Sequence record: LR756502.1
Direction: 5' to 3' (one strand)
Length of the DNA: 64,000 nt
The position numbers and the translations under genes were made by a program. The notes below the pieces were generated by a model that searched no databases, had not been told where the DNA came from, and saw nothing but the letters and a program-made list of their open reading frames with translations. Below are positions 9,415 through 18,705 of this stretch, piece by piece (the first letter of the stretch is position 1; the number at the start of each line of letters is the position of its first letter).

Positions 9415-11351
9415 GATATTATAAAATCTATTGTTTTCTTATCAAGGTTTATAGACTTAACACTAACCATAATCTCATCTCCTAATCTTATAACATTGCC
9501 AGACTCATTACCAATAGCTGAATAGACTGACATATTTATTGTATACTTTTCGGTTTGTGATATATCACCAACTCTAATCATTCCCTCACATTTGTTCTCT
9601 ATTACTTCCACATATACACCCCAATCAGTTATACCTGATACTATACCCTTGAAGGATTGTCCTATCTTATCTTGTAAATATTCTGCTTGTTTATATTTTA
9701 TAGAATCTCTTTGTGCTTTTGATGCTGCTAATTCTCTTACATTTATCTTCTGACATGAATCTTCTAAAGAAGTATCGAACTTAACATTACCTTCTAACTT
9801 CTCAGTTAGTTCTCGGTGACATATACAATCAGCATATCTTCTAATTGGTGATGTAAAGTGTGTGTAAAATTGGAAGCCTAGTCCATAGTGCCCTATGTTC
9901 TTTGATGTATATATTGCCTTTGACATACATCGAGTTACCAATGTCTCAATCATATTTTCCTCGGTTTTATCTTTTATCTCATCAAGTAGATTATTCAAAG
10001 AATTCTTTACATTCTCTTTTGAGATGTCTATGTTATATCCAAAGTTAGTACAAACATTTTTAAGAGCTTCTAACTTATCATCATTTGGTGTGTCGTGTAC
10101 TCGGTATATTGAATTAGAATTATTTTTAGATAGTAGTATAGAAACCTCTTGGTTTGCTAAAAGCATAAACTCCTCAATTAGTTTATTAGCATCTCTTTGA
10201 TATTTAAAGTATACATCAAGTGGTTTACCATTTTCATCCAATTTGAATCGTACCTCAGCACCATCCATTTTCAATGAACCTGTTCTTCTGTTTCTAATAT
10301 TCTTTGCTACCTTATCTAATGTTAAAACACCTCTTGTTATATCATGAGCTTTTGTAAAGTCCATATTTAATCCAGCATCTTCAACCAGTATTCTTCCTAT
10401 TTCGGAGTTTGATTTGCCAACAGATTCAATAACTGCTTGTGCTTGCTCATATGAAAATCTATGGTTAGAGTGTATAACAGTTCTTCCAAACCATCTATCT
10501 AAAACATCTCCACTCTCATTCATTTTAAGAATAACTGAGTAACATAATTTATCTTCATGTGGTCGTAGTGAACAAACTCCGTTAGATAGTCTTTTTGGTA
10601 ACATTGGAACACATCTATCAACTAGATAAACAGATGTAGATCTATTGATTGCTTCCTGATCAATTAGTGATCCTGGTTTAACAAAGTGTGTAACGTCCGC
10701 GATATGAACACCAACTTCAATATATCCGTCTTTTACTTCAATAGATAATGCATCATCAAAATCCTGAGCGTCTACCGGATCTATAGTGAATGTTAGAACA
10801 TTCCTCATATCTCTTCTCTTTGAGACTTCTTCCTCAGAAACCTCAAATGGTATGAGTTCCGCCTCTGCCTCAACTCCTTTAGGGAATTCAATTGGTAGTC
10901 CATATTCATACATGATGGAATTCATTTCGGTGTTATTATTTCCAATCTCACCAAGTACTTGAATTATTTCACCAGATGGTGATTTTGTCCCTGGTTTCCA
11001 CCTCTTGAAGTTTATAACAACTTTCTGTTTATCTTTAGCTCCGCAAGTTTTTTCTTCTGGTATGAAGAAATCTACTGGGCATTTTGAGTTGTCTGGTATT
11101 ACAAATGTAATATCATTATTTCTATGAACTGTTCCAACAAATTGTGTTTTGAATCTAGATAATACTTCTTCGACTTTTCCTTCTTTTTTTCCTTCTCTAA
11201 TTAATATAGAGATCCTTACTGTATCTAGATGTAAGGCGTTTAATGTGTTTTTTCTAAAGACAAATACTTCATTCGTATCATCTATTTTAACGTAAGAGCT
11301 TCCATTCATTAAAAACTGGATTTGTCCTACTTTTTCATTTTCATTTATCAT
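9411..11351 (-). CDS. rnr: ribonuclease R (RNB family)
   Basis: CSD/OB N-terminus, TIDPVDAQDFDDA catalytic motif, HFTSPIRRYAD, C-terminal S1 domain. Confidence 0.95.
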   Translation of the reverse strand: MINENEKVGQIQFLMNGSSYVKIDDTNEVFVFRKNTLNALHLDTVRISILIREGKKEGKVEEVLSRFKTQFVGTVHRNNDITFVIPDNSKCPVDFFIPEEKTCGAKDKQKVVINFKRWKPGTKSPSGEIIQVLGEIGNNNTEMNSIMYEYGLPIEFPKGVEAEAELIPFEVSEEEVSKRRDMRNVLTFTIDPVDAQDFDDALSIEVKDGYIEVGVHIADVTHFVKPGSLIDQEAINRSTSVYLVDRCVPMLPKRLSNGVCSLRPHEDKLCYSVILKMNESGDVLDRWFGRTVIHSNHRFSYEQAQAVIESVGKSNSEIGRILVEDAGLNMDFTKAHDITRGVLTLDKVAKNIRNRRTGSLKMDGAEVRFKLDENGKPLDVYFKYQRDANKLIEEFMLLANQEVSILLSKNNSNSIYRVHDTPNDDKLEALKNVCTNFGYNIDISKENVKNSLNNLLDEIKDKTEENMIETLVTRCMSKAIYTSKNIGHYGLGFQFYTHFTSPIRRYADCICHRELTEKLEGNVKFDTSLEDSCQKINVRELAASKAQRDSIKYKQAEYLQDKIGQSFKGIVSGITDWGVYVEVIENKCEGMIRVGDISQTEKYTINMSVYSAIGNESGNVIRLGDEIMVSVKSINLDKKTIDFIIS

Positions 11352-11386
11352 TTATAATTCTTATATGTTTTACTGCGATATAAAGT

Positions 11387-11800
11387 TTAGTTCTTACTTA
11401 TTATTAGGTTATAGAATTCCTCCTCAAATACTATATTACTTGGTATCTCCGACGAATTAAACATTTCGGCCATTTCCTTAGGTGTATAATTGTTTAAGTT
11501 TGTTCCTGTTCCAGAGTATGCTATATAGAAATCCATATCAATATTATCTATTGCGTAGATATATAATTCCTTTATTTGTTCAATTATATACTCTTTTGAT
11601 ATACTTGGGTGTTTATATTTTGTTAAATCCTTTGTAACAATAGCATATGTATTGCCTTGGTGTCCTCCTTTACCATACTTTGCTCCAAAGTTAATAGCAT
11701 GTAGTGCCGAACCTTTACCGTGTCTAAATTGTGTATTGGCACCAAAAACATATATTCCGTTAATTGGTAATTTTGATATTACTCCTTTATAAGTTCTCAT
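11387..11800 (-). CDS. phage protein of the VFGxN-xxHG family (A1S_2505-like)
   Basis: IYVFGANTQFRHGKGSALHA...FGAKYG...GNTYAIVTK; family name from recall. Confidence 0.6.
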   Translation of the reverse strand: MRTYKGVISKLPINGIYVFGANTQFRHGKGSALHAINFGAKYGKGGHQGNTYAIVTKDLTKYKHPSISKEYIIEQIKELYIYAIDNIDMDFYIAYSGTGTNLNNYTPKEMAEMFNSSEIPSNIVFEEEFYNLIISKN

Positions 11801-11835
11801 GATATAAATATAGTGAAAATTTAATATATACTAAA

Positions 11836-12219
11836 ATGAAACATTTAGAATCATATAAGATATTTGAGTCAATTGATGAATTAGAGCATTACAATCCAAG
11901 TAAATCTAGTCAATTTAGGGCGGAGATAAAAGATCTTCTAGCCAATATAATTGATGATGGGTTTGATGTTAATGTAATATGTGTTGGAAACGATGGATAT
12001 TTCTCCATAAAGAAACCACTAAATCCTAATTTTGAGATGTTTAACATAAGTGATGTTAGGGAAGATGTTGTTAGACTAATTGATTTTATGTCAGATAGAT
12101 ATGATTTTCATATACAAGTAGACTCTAATAAATTAATCGATTTATCGTTTTTTTTGAGTGAATTTGAGGTAGGAAGAATCGTATCAATCGTAACTTTACA
12201 CCTGTGTAAAAAATATTAG
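11836..12219 (+). CDS. N-tagged DLxDxGF paralog
   Basis: MKHLESYKIFES; IKDLLANIIDDGFDV; FNISDVREDVVRLIDFM. Confidence 0.8.
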   Translation: MKHLESYKIFESIDELEHYNPSKSSQFRAEIKDLLANIIDDGFDVNVICVGNDGYFSIKKPLNPNFEMFNISDVREDVVRLIDFMSDRYDFHIQVDSNKLIDLSFFLSEFEVGRIVSIVTLHLCKKY

Positions 12220-12244
12220 TGTATATATTAAGGACATCATGATC

Positions 12245-12829
12245 TTACATGATTTTATTGATAATTTTATTGAACCAATTGTTTCTTTGGACGGTCTTTC
12301 CTTCATTTAAAAATCCATCCATCCAGTCTTCTATATGTTTTGGTGGTTTTGGTTGTGTCCTTTCAAAAGTTATATCAATACATAGTATGTGAGATTTTGT
12401 TAGTCCACTCAAAGATATAGATTCAATTTGTGAAATCCATGTTGATCCATCTTTTGGATTGTCTCGGTCCTTTAAATCAACCGGTGGAATATATATAAAG
12501 TCACCTTTAGTGACTTGTCTATTATACTTATCATTTTCAAATCGTATGGAAATTCCTTTAGTTGAAATATTTTTACTATCCGATATATAAGAGATTAGAA
12601 AACATAAGCTATCTCTTATATCCGAAAATACATGCATTCCGCTGTATTTGTAACTGTAAAGATCAATAGCACCGACACCACCTCTGAATCTATCAGATGG
12701 TGATATCCTAACATTATATAAGTCTTGACTCATAGAGCCTATCGAGGTCTCTATATAATATCCATTATCTGATAAATCCAGGAGACAATCCTTTATTGAT
12801 CCAAAAATACTTATATCTAGTTCTGTCAT
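12245..12829 (-). CDS. DLxDxGF paralog without N-tag
   Basis: IKDCLLDLSDNGYYIE; FSDIRDSLCFLISYI. Confidence 0.7.
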   Translation of the reverse strand: MTELDISIFGSIKDCLLDLSDNGYYIETSIGSMSQDLYNVRISPSDRFRGGVGAIDLYSYKYSGMHVFSDIRDSLCFLISYISDSKNISTKGISIRFENDKYNRQVTKGDFIYIPPVDLKDRDNPKDGSTWISQIESISLSGLTKSHILCIDITFERTQPKPPKHIEDWMDGFLNEGKTVQRNNWFNKIINKIM

Positions 12830-13026
12830 AGTACAATTATTTCACCAAGGTTGTGGGACTTCACCATCCATTTAAAATTATGCTTATCTAGTATCTTCAC
12901 GACTTTATCTCTCATAGCGTTTGAATTGCCTATAATTATATACAATGGTGTCTCGTGTCTTAGGACAAAATCCTCGACCATACTATCAACATCAACATGT
13001 TTAACTCCGTGTAAATCCAATATCAT
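12826..13026 (-). CDS. stand-alone Smr-like domain protein
   Basis: LDLHG motif and IIIGNS loop in 66 aa; TATATTTG upstream. Confidence 0.65.
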   Translation of the reverse strand: MILDLHGVKHVDVDSMVEDFVLRHETPLYIIIGNSNAMRDKVVKILDKHNFKWMVKSHNLGEIIVL

Positions 13027-13102
13027 TATTTACAAATATAATAAATATATTTTTATAATACAACAAATTTTCATTCGATCATATAAAAAGAAAAAATATG
13101 TT

Positions 13103-13285
13103 ATGAGCGAAATGTCATCAATGTCACCAATGCAAGAAGCACCAGACCCAAGATGGGTTAATGAGAGATACCTTTTGGATATTATCAAAAAACAATTAGG
13201 TATAACAGATGAAGATATGAGAAATATCTCAATTGTAAAATCTAAGGTTAGAGAAGCTAATATTGATAAAGTTTTAGATAAATAA
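13103..13285 (+). CDS. small C-tagged protein
   Basis: Ends VREANIDKVLDK; start MSEMSS inferred within the longer track ORF. Confidence 0.6.
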   Translation: MSEMSSMSPMQEAPDPRWVNERYLLDIIKKQLGITDEDMRNISIVKSKVREANIDKVLDK

Positions 13286-13316
13286 AACTTTTATAATTTT
13301 TTGCAATATAAAAAGT

Positions 13317-13404
13317 GTTGGGTGGTTAAATCGACAAAGTTGCTTTATTGGTAAAATGCATCAGTCTTACCAGGACAAGGAGTAAAACATCCATATCATC
13401 TAAC
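13317..13404 (+). ncRNA. candidate small structured RNA
   Basis: Ends pair (GTTGGGTGGT/ATCATCTAAC); internal hairpin TGGTAA/TTACCA; promoter-like motif before, terminator after. Confidence 0.35.
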
Positions 13405-13405
13405 T

Positions 13406-13434
13406 AAAAACCTCTCTAATCGAGAGGTTTTTTT
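13406..13434. terminator. bidirectional intrinsic terminator
   Basis: AAAAACCTCTC-TAATC-GAGAGGTTTTT. Confidence 0.8.
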
Positions 13435-13450
13435 ATTTTTAAGTATTTCA

Positions 13451-13846
13451 TTAGAATCTATGGAATTTAATATCTATTATACACTTATCAGTATCTCGAT
13501 GGTAGTGCATTGACTTATAAACTATCCAAGACGATCCAATATTACCAATATTACCAATTGTTCTTGAAAAGAATCCATGCTTAACACATCTAATACCATA
13601 TACAGATTCTAATTGTTTAATTTTCTCTGAAATTTCCTGATCATAGAATGATTCTAATTCCTTAGGACTTAATCTCTCAGGTATTTTAATACTTAGTTGA
13701 ACAGTATCTTCTTCAAATTCTGTTGTTACTTCAAAGTCATCATATGATACTTTAATATCATCGAAGACGTCCATTATTTTAGTTTGAGTGTCTTGTTTCC
13801 TATTCTTAGGATAATTAAATGATTCGAAAGTTTTAACGTGTCTCAT
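13451..13846 (-). CDS. N-tagged hypothetical protein
   Basis: MRHVKTFESF; TAATATATA upstream. Confidence 0.75.
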   Translation of the reverse strand: MRHVKTFESFNYPKNRKQDTQTKIMDVFDDIKVSYDDFEVTTEFEEDTVQLSIKIPERLSPKELESFYDQEISEKIKQLESVYGIRCVKHGFFSRTIGNIGNIGSSWIVYKSMHYHRDTDKCIIDIKFHRF

Positions 13847-13872
13847 ACTTTATATATTAAAACCTCTATCTA

Positions 13873-14262
13873 TTATTTAGCTTTTGTATCTATGAATTTG
13901 GATAACCCTTTTACAATATAAACAGGAATATCAACGAATATACTTGAGAATATAACTGTAAAAAACAACGATCTTAAATTACTCGTGATATAGTCAATTG
14001 TTAATGAGTGTTTATCAAGTACATGAAAAAATGTAAATACTATCATAGTTATTAAAGCGGCAAACCACATAGCATTCGGTTTCCACCACTTTTTTGAAGA
14101 TAGGTCACTGAACCAGTCTAATAGAGATGTGTGTGTCATTCCATAAAATGCAGTTGATAGTATAATTATATAAGTCCAATTAAGTCCAATACAAAAAGCG
14201 ACCAATTCTGGCTGGAGTCCTTGTTGCCATACAACATCCCATAGTCCAATGTTTTTATCCAT
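13873..14262 (-). CDS. three-TM membrane protein (holin-like topology)
   Basis: Three hydrophobic helices, basic C-terminal tail. Confidence 0.55.
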   Translation of the reverse strand: MDKNIGLWDVVWQQGLQPELVAFCIGLNWTYIIILSTAFYGMTHTSLLDWFSDLSSKKWWKPNAMWFAALITMIVFTFFHVLDKHSLTIDYITSNLRSLFFTVIFSSIFVDIPVYIVKGLSKFIDTKAK

Positions 14263-14277
14263 TTAGTATATATAATA

Positions 14278-14309
14278 TTTGGTATATTGATATATTATTA
14301 CTATATTTG
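14278..14309 (+). promoter_or_regulatory. Bacteroidota-type primary-sigma promoter (TTTG-N20-TATATTTG)
   Basis: TTTG 14278-14281, 20-bp spacer, TATATTTG 14302-14309; matches -33/-7 consensus. Confidence 0.7.
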
Positions 14310-14353
14310 TGTTAAGGTATTTAATTTATACCGAAACCAAAATAACAAATAAG

Positions 14354-14582
14354 CCTATATAAGTCACTTACGGCAAATGAGTGGTGAAAATTAGGATAAC
14401 CTTTGCCGAGGTTATAGGGATAATAAACCTGTTGGTCCCGCAGTAGATTTCAGTGACCCGTCATACTGTTACAATCGAACTAAAAGACGTGTGATAGAGA
14501 ATGAAGAGAATGCGAACTCAGACTTCTTGATAAAATTGACTGGGATATGTGTCTGTCGCAAGACGCAAACCCAGTCAATTTT
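14354..14582 (+). ncRNA. candidate structured ncRNA or 5' leader with kissing loops
   Basis: Hairpin loops CGGCAAA and TTTGCCG are complementary; GCAA tetraloop; 13-bp terminal stem followed by T-run; no ORF. Confidence 0.55.
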
Positions 14583-14608
14583 TATTTTAAACAATTAAAA
14601 ATATAAAA

Positions 14609-14851
14609 ATGAACAAGGACGAATTACTACAAGTGATTAATACAGATTTGGGTTACAATTTTGAGTCTGATTTATATGGATTTAATATGTTAACACGAAC
14701 AAGGTATACTAATGTTAATAGTATACCAGCTGCTTATTTTGCATCTCTGGACAAGACAAAGTTATATAAGATTACATGTGAGGATGTATCGGTTAGTGAT
14801 CTTCCCAATCAAGAGTTAGAAACTTTTAATGAAATAGAAATACAAGACTAA
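14609..14851 (+). CDS. hypothetical protein
   Basis: First ORF of a coupled three-gene run. Confidence 0.65.
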   Translation: MNKDELLQVINTDLGYNFESDLYGFNMLTRTRYTNVNSIPAAYFASLDKTKLYKITCEDVSVSDLPNQELETFNEIEIQD

Positions 14852-15225
14852 TGAGTAAAGAAAAAGTAAAATGGATGGACAAACCAGAGGATCATAATTA
14901 TCCTGCGGCTGAGTCCTATTTGTCTTTGTTATTTGATAAAGATGATGTTAATCAATTAATATCTAGGTTAGATAAAGCTGATATATCTGAGTTCAAGGCT
15001 AAAGATATCTTCAGAGCATCCAAACTATCACTTTTAGGTATAAGTAATTCTCACGTTGATAAGAATATCGAGAAGATAGAAAATGAAAAAGAATTATCGC
15101 CAATTTTATTGGTTCGGGATTCAAAGACAAGAACTGTTATTATCGCAGATGGTTACCACCGAATGTGTGCTGTCTATCACTATGATGAGGATTGTTTGAT
15201 CCCATGTAAAATTGTTAGTATATGA
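14851..15225 (+). CDS. ParB/Srx-like domain protein
   Basis: PILLVRD...IIADGYHR motif. Confidence 0.7.
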   Translation: MSKEKVKWMDKPEDHNYPAAESYLSLLFDKDDVNQLISRLDKADISEFKAKDIFRASKLSLLGISNSHVDKNIEKIENEKELSPILLVRDSKTRTVIIADGYHRMCAVYHYDEDCLIPCKIVSI

Positions 15226-15509
15226 TAATTAAAACAAAGTTCAAATGTAAATCAAATTGTAAGACTTCACCGAGAATGGGTACATCTGCTACGTTTTCAG
15301 ATAAATTTATTGAGGGTAAATACTATGACGTTGAATATGAGACATGGTCATTTGATGATGGATATAGGTTAAATAATGGTTGGAAAAGCTATTTAGTGGT
15401 TGATGAGAATGGTTTAAAAGAAAAAATGTCAAGAGTAACGTTTAGAGCTATTTTCTATACAGAGATTGATGATATTAGAAATGAAACTATTAATGATATT
15501 CTAAAGTAA
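15222..15509 (+). CDS. C-tagged hypothetical protein
   Basis: Ends IRNETINDILK. Confidence 0.7.
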   Translation: MIIKTKFKCKSNCKTSPRMGTSATFSDKFIEGKYYDVEYETWSFDDGYRLNNGWKSYLVVDENGLKEKMSRVTFRAIFYTEIDDIRNETINDILK

Positions 15510-15542
15510 CTTAAAAATTTATTAAAATTACGATGGTTGTGG

Positions 15543-15980
15543 TTAATAACGATGAGCAAATTCTCTTGGTGGAACAAACTCGATTGATATATCGTCAATT
15601 GATTCAGTTGGGAGGTTATTTACTATACCAATATCTCTAACTGGTGTTTCAACTCCAGTAAAATCCACACTATACCAAGTGGATGCCTCATACCCCTTCA
15701 AATGATAGTATATTGATTTTATCCACATCTTATCATCAAGTTGAGCAATTAATTCATTTACCGAATCCTTAATATCATTGATATTAAATCCTAGTTTTGA
15801 TGATCTACCATACTCCATTCCTGGATTCAATATTCGTATATTTAAATTGAAGGAGATGTTGCTAAAAATAACATCAAACCCATTATCTAAAATATCTGAT
15901 AAGGCATCCTTACATAGTGGCCCGAGTTCGTATTCATCGCCAACTTCAACGAAGTCTTCAAATATTTTTAGGTATTTCAT
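15543..15980 (-). CDS. N-tagged DLxDxGF paralog
   Basis: MKYLKIFEDF; CKDALSDILDNGFDV; FNINDIKDSVNELIAQL. Confidence 0.8.
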   Translation of the reverse strand: MKYLKIFEDFVEVGDEYELGPLCKDALSDILDNGFDVIFSNISFNLNIRILNPGMEYGRSSKLGFNINDIKDSVNELIAQLDDKMWIKSIYYHLKGYEASTWYSVDFTGVETPVRDIGIVNNLPTESIDDISIEFVPPREFAHRY

Positions 15981-16017
15981 GTTAAACTATATATTAAATT
16001 AATAGTATAACTAATAC

Positions 16018-16542
16018 ATGAAGAAAACACTATTTATTAATCTATTTGGTGGACCAGGAACAGGAAAGTCCACACTATGTGCATCAATATTCACTGAGTT
16101 AAAAATAAGAGGTGTTGATTGTGAAATGGCCTTGGAATATGCCAAGGATGTTGTTTGGGAGGAAAGTTTTACCAAACTTAAGAATCAGATTTATATTTTT
16201 GGTAAACAACACTCACGTATACATCGACTAATAGGTAAGGTTGATGTTGTTATTACCGATTCTCCTTTAATAAACTCTATTGTATATGACCTAACCGAGA
16301 ATACACACTTGAAGAGTTTGGTTCTTTATGAGTTTGGTAAACTAAATAGCATCAATTACTTCTTGACTAGAGGTACCGATTATAATCCAAATGGGAGAAC
16401 TCAGACAATCGAAGATGCTCTGAAGGTAGATATGAAGTATAAAGAGTTGTTAGACGATAACAACATACCATATCACGAAATAAAAATTGGATCGGATAAC
16501 TCCAAAATTATCGCCGATGAAATTATTAGGATGATTTCTTAA
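16018..16542 (+). CDS. P-loop nucleoside/nucleotide kinase-like ATPase (AAA_28/NadR-like)
   Basis: GGPGTGKST Walker A; VVITDSP; RTQT. Confidence 0.8.
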   Translation: MKKTLFINLFGGPGTGKSTLCASIFTELKIRGVDCEMALEYAKDVVWEESFTKLKNQIYIFGKQHSRIHRLIGKVDVVITDSPLINSIVYDLTENTHLKSLVLYEFGKLNSINYFLTRGTDYNPNGRTQTIEDALKVDMKYKELLDDNNIPYHEIKIGSDNSKIIADEIIRMIS

Positions 16543-16552
16543 TATATAATTA

Positions 16553-16939
16553 ATGAGGTTTCTTAGGAGTTTTAATGAATCGGTCAACTTCTCAATTATC
16601 AGGGATATATTGCTAGACTTAACAGATGATGGGTTTAAATTTGATGTGAAGTGGATGCCAATTCAGTTTTTTAAAAAGGAAATAGCTAGTGGAAAAAATT
16701 ACAAACCACTGGATATTGTTGTCACTCTATCTCGGAGTGAGTTTACAAAAAGCGATATTAAGGGAACAATTGATAGATTGTCTGGATATATGGAAAGTGA
16801 GGGATATCTAATAGATGATGGTTTTGGTGGTGGTCGAGATTTGGATGGAAAAATCGGTCAAATTAAAAAATTCATGACAGTAACTATTAGGTATGAATTC
16901 TCACCACTTAGTTTGATGAAAGCAAAATCGAAATTCTAA
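16553..16939 (+). CDS. N-tagged DLxDxGF paralog
   Basis: MRFLRSFNES; IRDILLDLTDDGFKFDV; FTKSDIKGTIDRLSGYM. Confidence 0.8.
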   Translation: MRFLRSFNESVNFSIIRDILLDLTDDGFKFDVKWMPIQFFKKEIASGKNYKPLDIVVTLSRSEFTKSDIKGTIDRLSGYMESEGYLIDDGFGGGRDLDGKIGQIKKFMTVTIRYEFSPLSLMKAKSKF

Positions 16940-16942
16940 AAT

Positions 16943-17197
16943 ATGTTTAAATTCAAAGTTGGTGATAGAGTTGTAAATATAAGAGTTGGTGTGTATAAGT
17001 ATGAGCCTATTGAAGTTATTTTGCTTGAAGAAACAGAAGAAGTGACCTTTTATAGTCATAGATATTATATAAAATATCTAAATGTTTATAATGTTCAAAA
17101 TACTAATATGACTCAGTGGGTTCATGAAGATGATTTAGACTTTGATAAATCATATTATAGGGATACCATAATAGATGAAATAATTAATCTCCAATAA
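16943..17197 (+). CDS. C-tagged protein with SH3-like FKVGDRV start
   Basis: Ends YRDTIIDEIINLQ. Confidence 0.7.
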   Translation: MFKFKVGDRVVNIRVGVYKYEPIEVILLEETEEVTFYSHRYYIKYLNVYNVQNTNMTQWVHEDDLDFDKSYYRDTIIDEIINLQ

Positions 17198-17260
17198 TAT
17201 CCCACGTCTTAGATTACCAAATCTTTCACCCCCACCTATCCCACTTCTGGAGAAGCATCT

Positions 17261-17800
17261 TTACCTGAAACGGTAAGACCAAGGTTGATCACGTTCATTT
17301 GGCACTACCTCACCAATTATATCATCCGACCCAACTAGCTTATAAACCTTTTTTATTTCCTTTAATACTTGTTCAGCATTCATTTTCTTAGGTTCATATT
17401 GCATAGCCTGGTCAGCTAAATACTTTCTATTCTTAATATTAAGATATCCTATACTCTTACCAACTCGCCTCTTATATACTTCAAGTGTAGGCCATTTTGT
17501 TTTAATCTTCTTAAGTGAATTTATCTTAGACATTATTACCTTAGATTCGACATCAGTAATATCGGTTTTATTAAAATGTATATTTTCTAGAGTGTCAATT
17601 AAAACATCCAAATTAGCATAAATGTCTAATAATTGTGGAAGTACTTGTTCTTTTACTTTTCTTGGATCCAAAAATTGAGTTACTGTAAATGCAATAACGG
17701 TGATTGGTATTGATAGTATTGTTTTAAGTATTTTACCGATAAACTCTTCGTTTATGGACTCACTTGCTGAGTAGGATTCGAATTTTTTAAGATGTTTCAT
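17261..17800 (-). CDS. N-tagged hypothetical protein
   Basis: MKHLKKFESY...INEE followed by a hydrophobic helix. Confidence 0.75.
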   Translation of the reverse strand: MKHLKKFESYSASESINEEFIGKILKTILSIPITVIAFTVTQFLDPRKVKEQVLPQLLDIYANLDVLIDTLENIHFNKTDITDVESKVIMSKINSLKKIKTKWPTLEVYKRRVGKSIGYLNIKNRKYLADQAMQYEPKKMNAEQVLKEIKKVYKLVGSDDIIGEVVPNERDQPWSYRFR

Positions 17801-17817
17801 TTTAATATATATTAAAA
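17800..17817. promoter_or_regulatory. palindromic bidirectional TAATATATA element
   Basis: TTTTAATATATATTAAAA is an 18-bp palindrome filling the 17-bp gap between divergent ATGs. Confidence 0.6.
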
Positions 17818-18276
17818 ATGAGACATATTAAATCATATAAAATATTTGAATCATCATCACGAAATTCATTTCCAACAGATCCAGAAAGATCTCAAATATG
17901 GAGTGATATAGAGGATATACTTACTCCGGTTAGTGACGATGGTGTCTTATGTACTAAAATCCAGAATTTCAGCCCAACAGATATATTGTCTCTTTCCTCA
18001 ATTCTAATAAAGAAAGATTGGAGTGTTGTTAAGGATAGAGATATGAGACATTTTGGAGTAAGTTATATTAAGGATGAGTTAAATCATCTTTGTAGTAGAT
18101 TTCCTGATATTATAAAAAAGATACATATATTTAGAAGTTTCGGTAAAGGTCCAACTACTTATACTCCGGAGGAATTTATAATAGAATCACCAGTTGGTAA
18201 TACCTTTCTTGTTGCTATAACTCTTAAAATTAGAAAGGATGGTGCTGCAGAAAATTCGGGGATTGACTTATCATAA
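17818..18276 (+). CDS. N-tagged DLxDxGF paralog
   Basis: MRHIKSYKIFES; IEDILTPVSDDGV. Confidence 0.75.
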   Translation: MRHIKSYKIFESSSRNSFPTDPERSQIWSDIEDILTPVSDDGVLCTKIQNFSPTDILSLSSILIKKDWSVVKDRDMRHFGVSYIKDELNHLCSRFPDIIKKIHIFRSFGKGPTTYTPEEFIIESPVGNTFLVAITLKIRKDGAAENSGIDLS

Positions 18277-18293
18277 ACAATAATATATAAGAA

Positions 18294-18539
18294 ATGAAAC
18301 ACTTAAAGAACTATAAATCATTTAACGAGGATGCTACCGCTAATGCTTCAACCGCTGGGATGGGTGGTGTGTCTCCTGCTCAACCAGGTGTACTACCAGG
18401 AACAACCGGTGTATCTGGATCTGGTGATGTGACATTTACATTCAAAAGGATCAAAGAGGTAAGAAAGAAGGGCGATGTCACTGAAGTGTCCGATCTAAGA
18501 GATTTGAAACCAGCTAATATCAATAAAGTTGATCAATAA
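18294..18539 (+). CDS. N-tagged small Gly/Ala-rich protein
   Basis: MKHLKNYKSFNEDATANA; TAATATATA upstream; terminator after. Confidence 0.75.
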   Translation: MKHLKNYKSFNEDATANASTAGMGGVSPAQPGVLPGTTGVSGSGDVTFTFKRIKEVRKKGDVTEVSDLRDLKPANINKVDQ

Positions 18540-18567
18540 AAAAGAGTTTGATTTCTCAAACTCTTTT
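18540..18567. terminator. bidirectional intrinsic terminator
   Basis: AAAAGAGTTTGA-TTTC-TCAAACTCTTTT. Confidence 0.85.
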
Positions 18568-18705
18568 ATTGCCTGTATTTACCTGTCTAGAATGTCTGCG
18601 AGTAAATACATTTAGTCCTTAACCTCTACGAGGAAACATAGTTAGTATTAGCAGAATAACCTATGTGGATAATGTCAAATTTTATACTTTTAATTTATAA
18701 AAAGT

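Noticed and set aside
13317-13404. tRNA
   Set aside because: No T-loop (GTTCRA) or canonical cloverleaf spacing; I saw no tRNA in the window.
18570-18680. Hammerhead ribozyme
   Set aside because: GAAAC is present but the CUGANGA core is missing on both strands.
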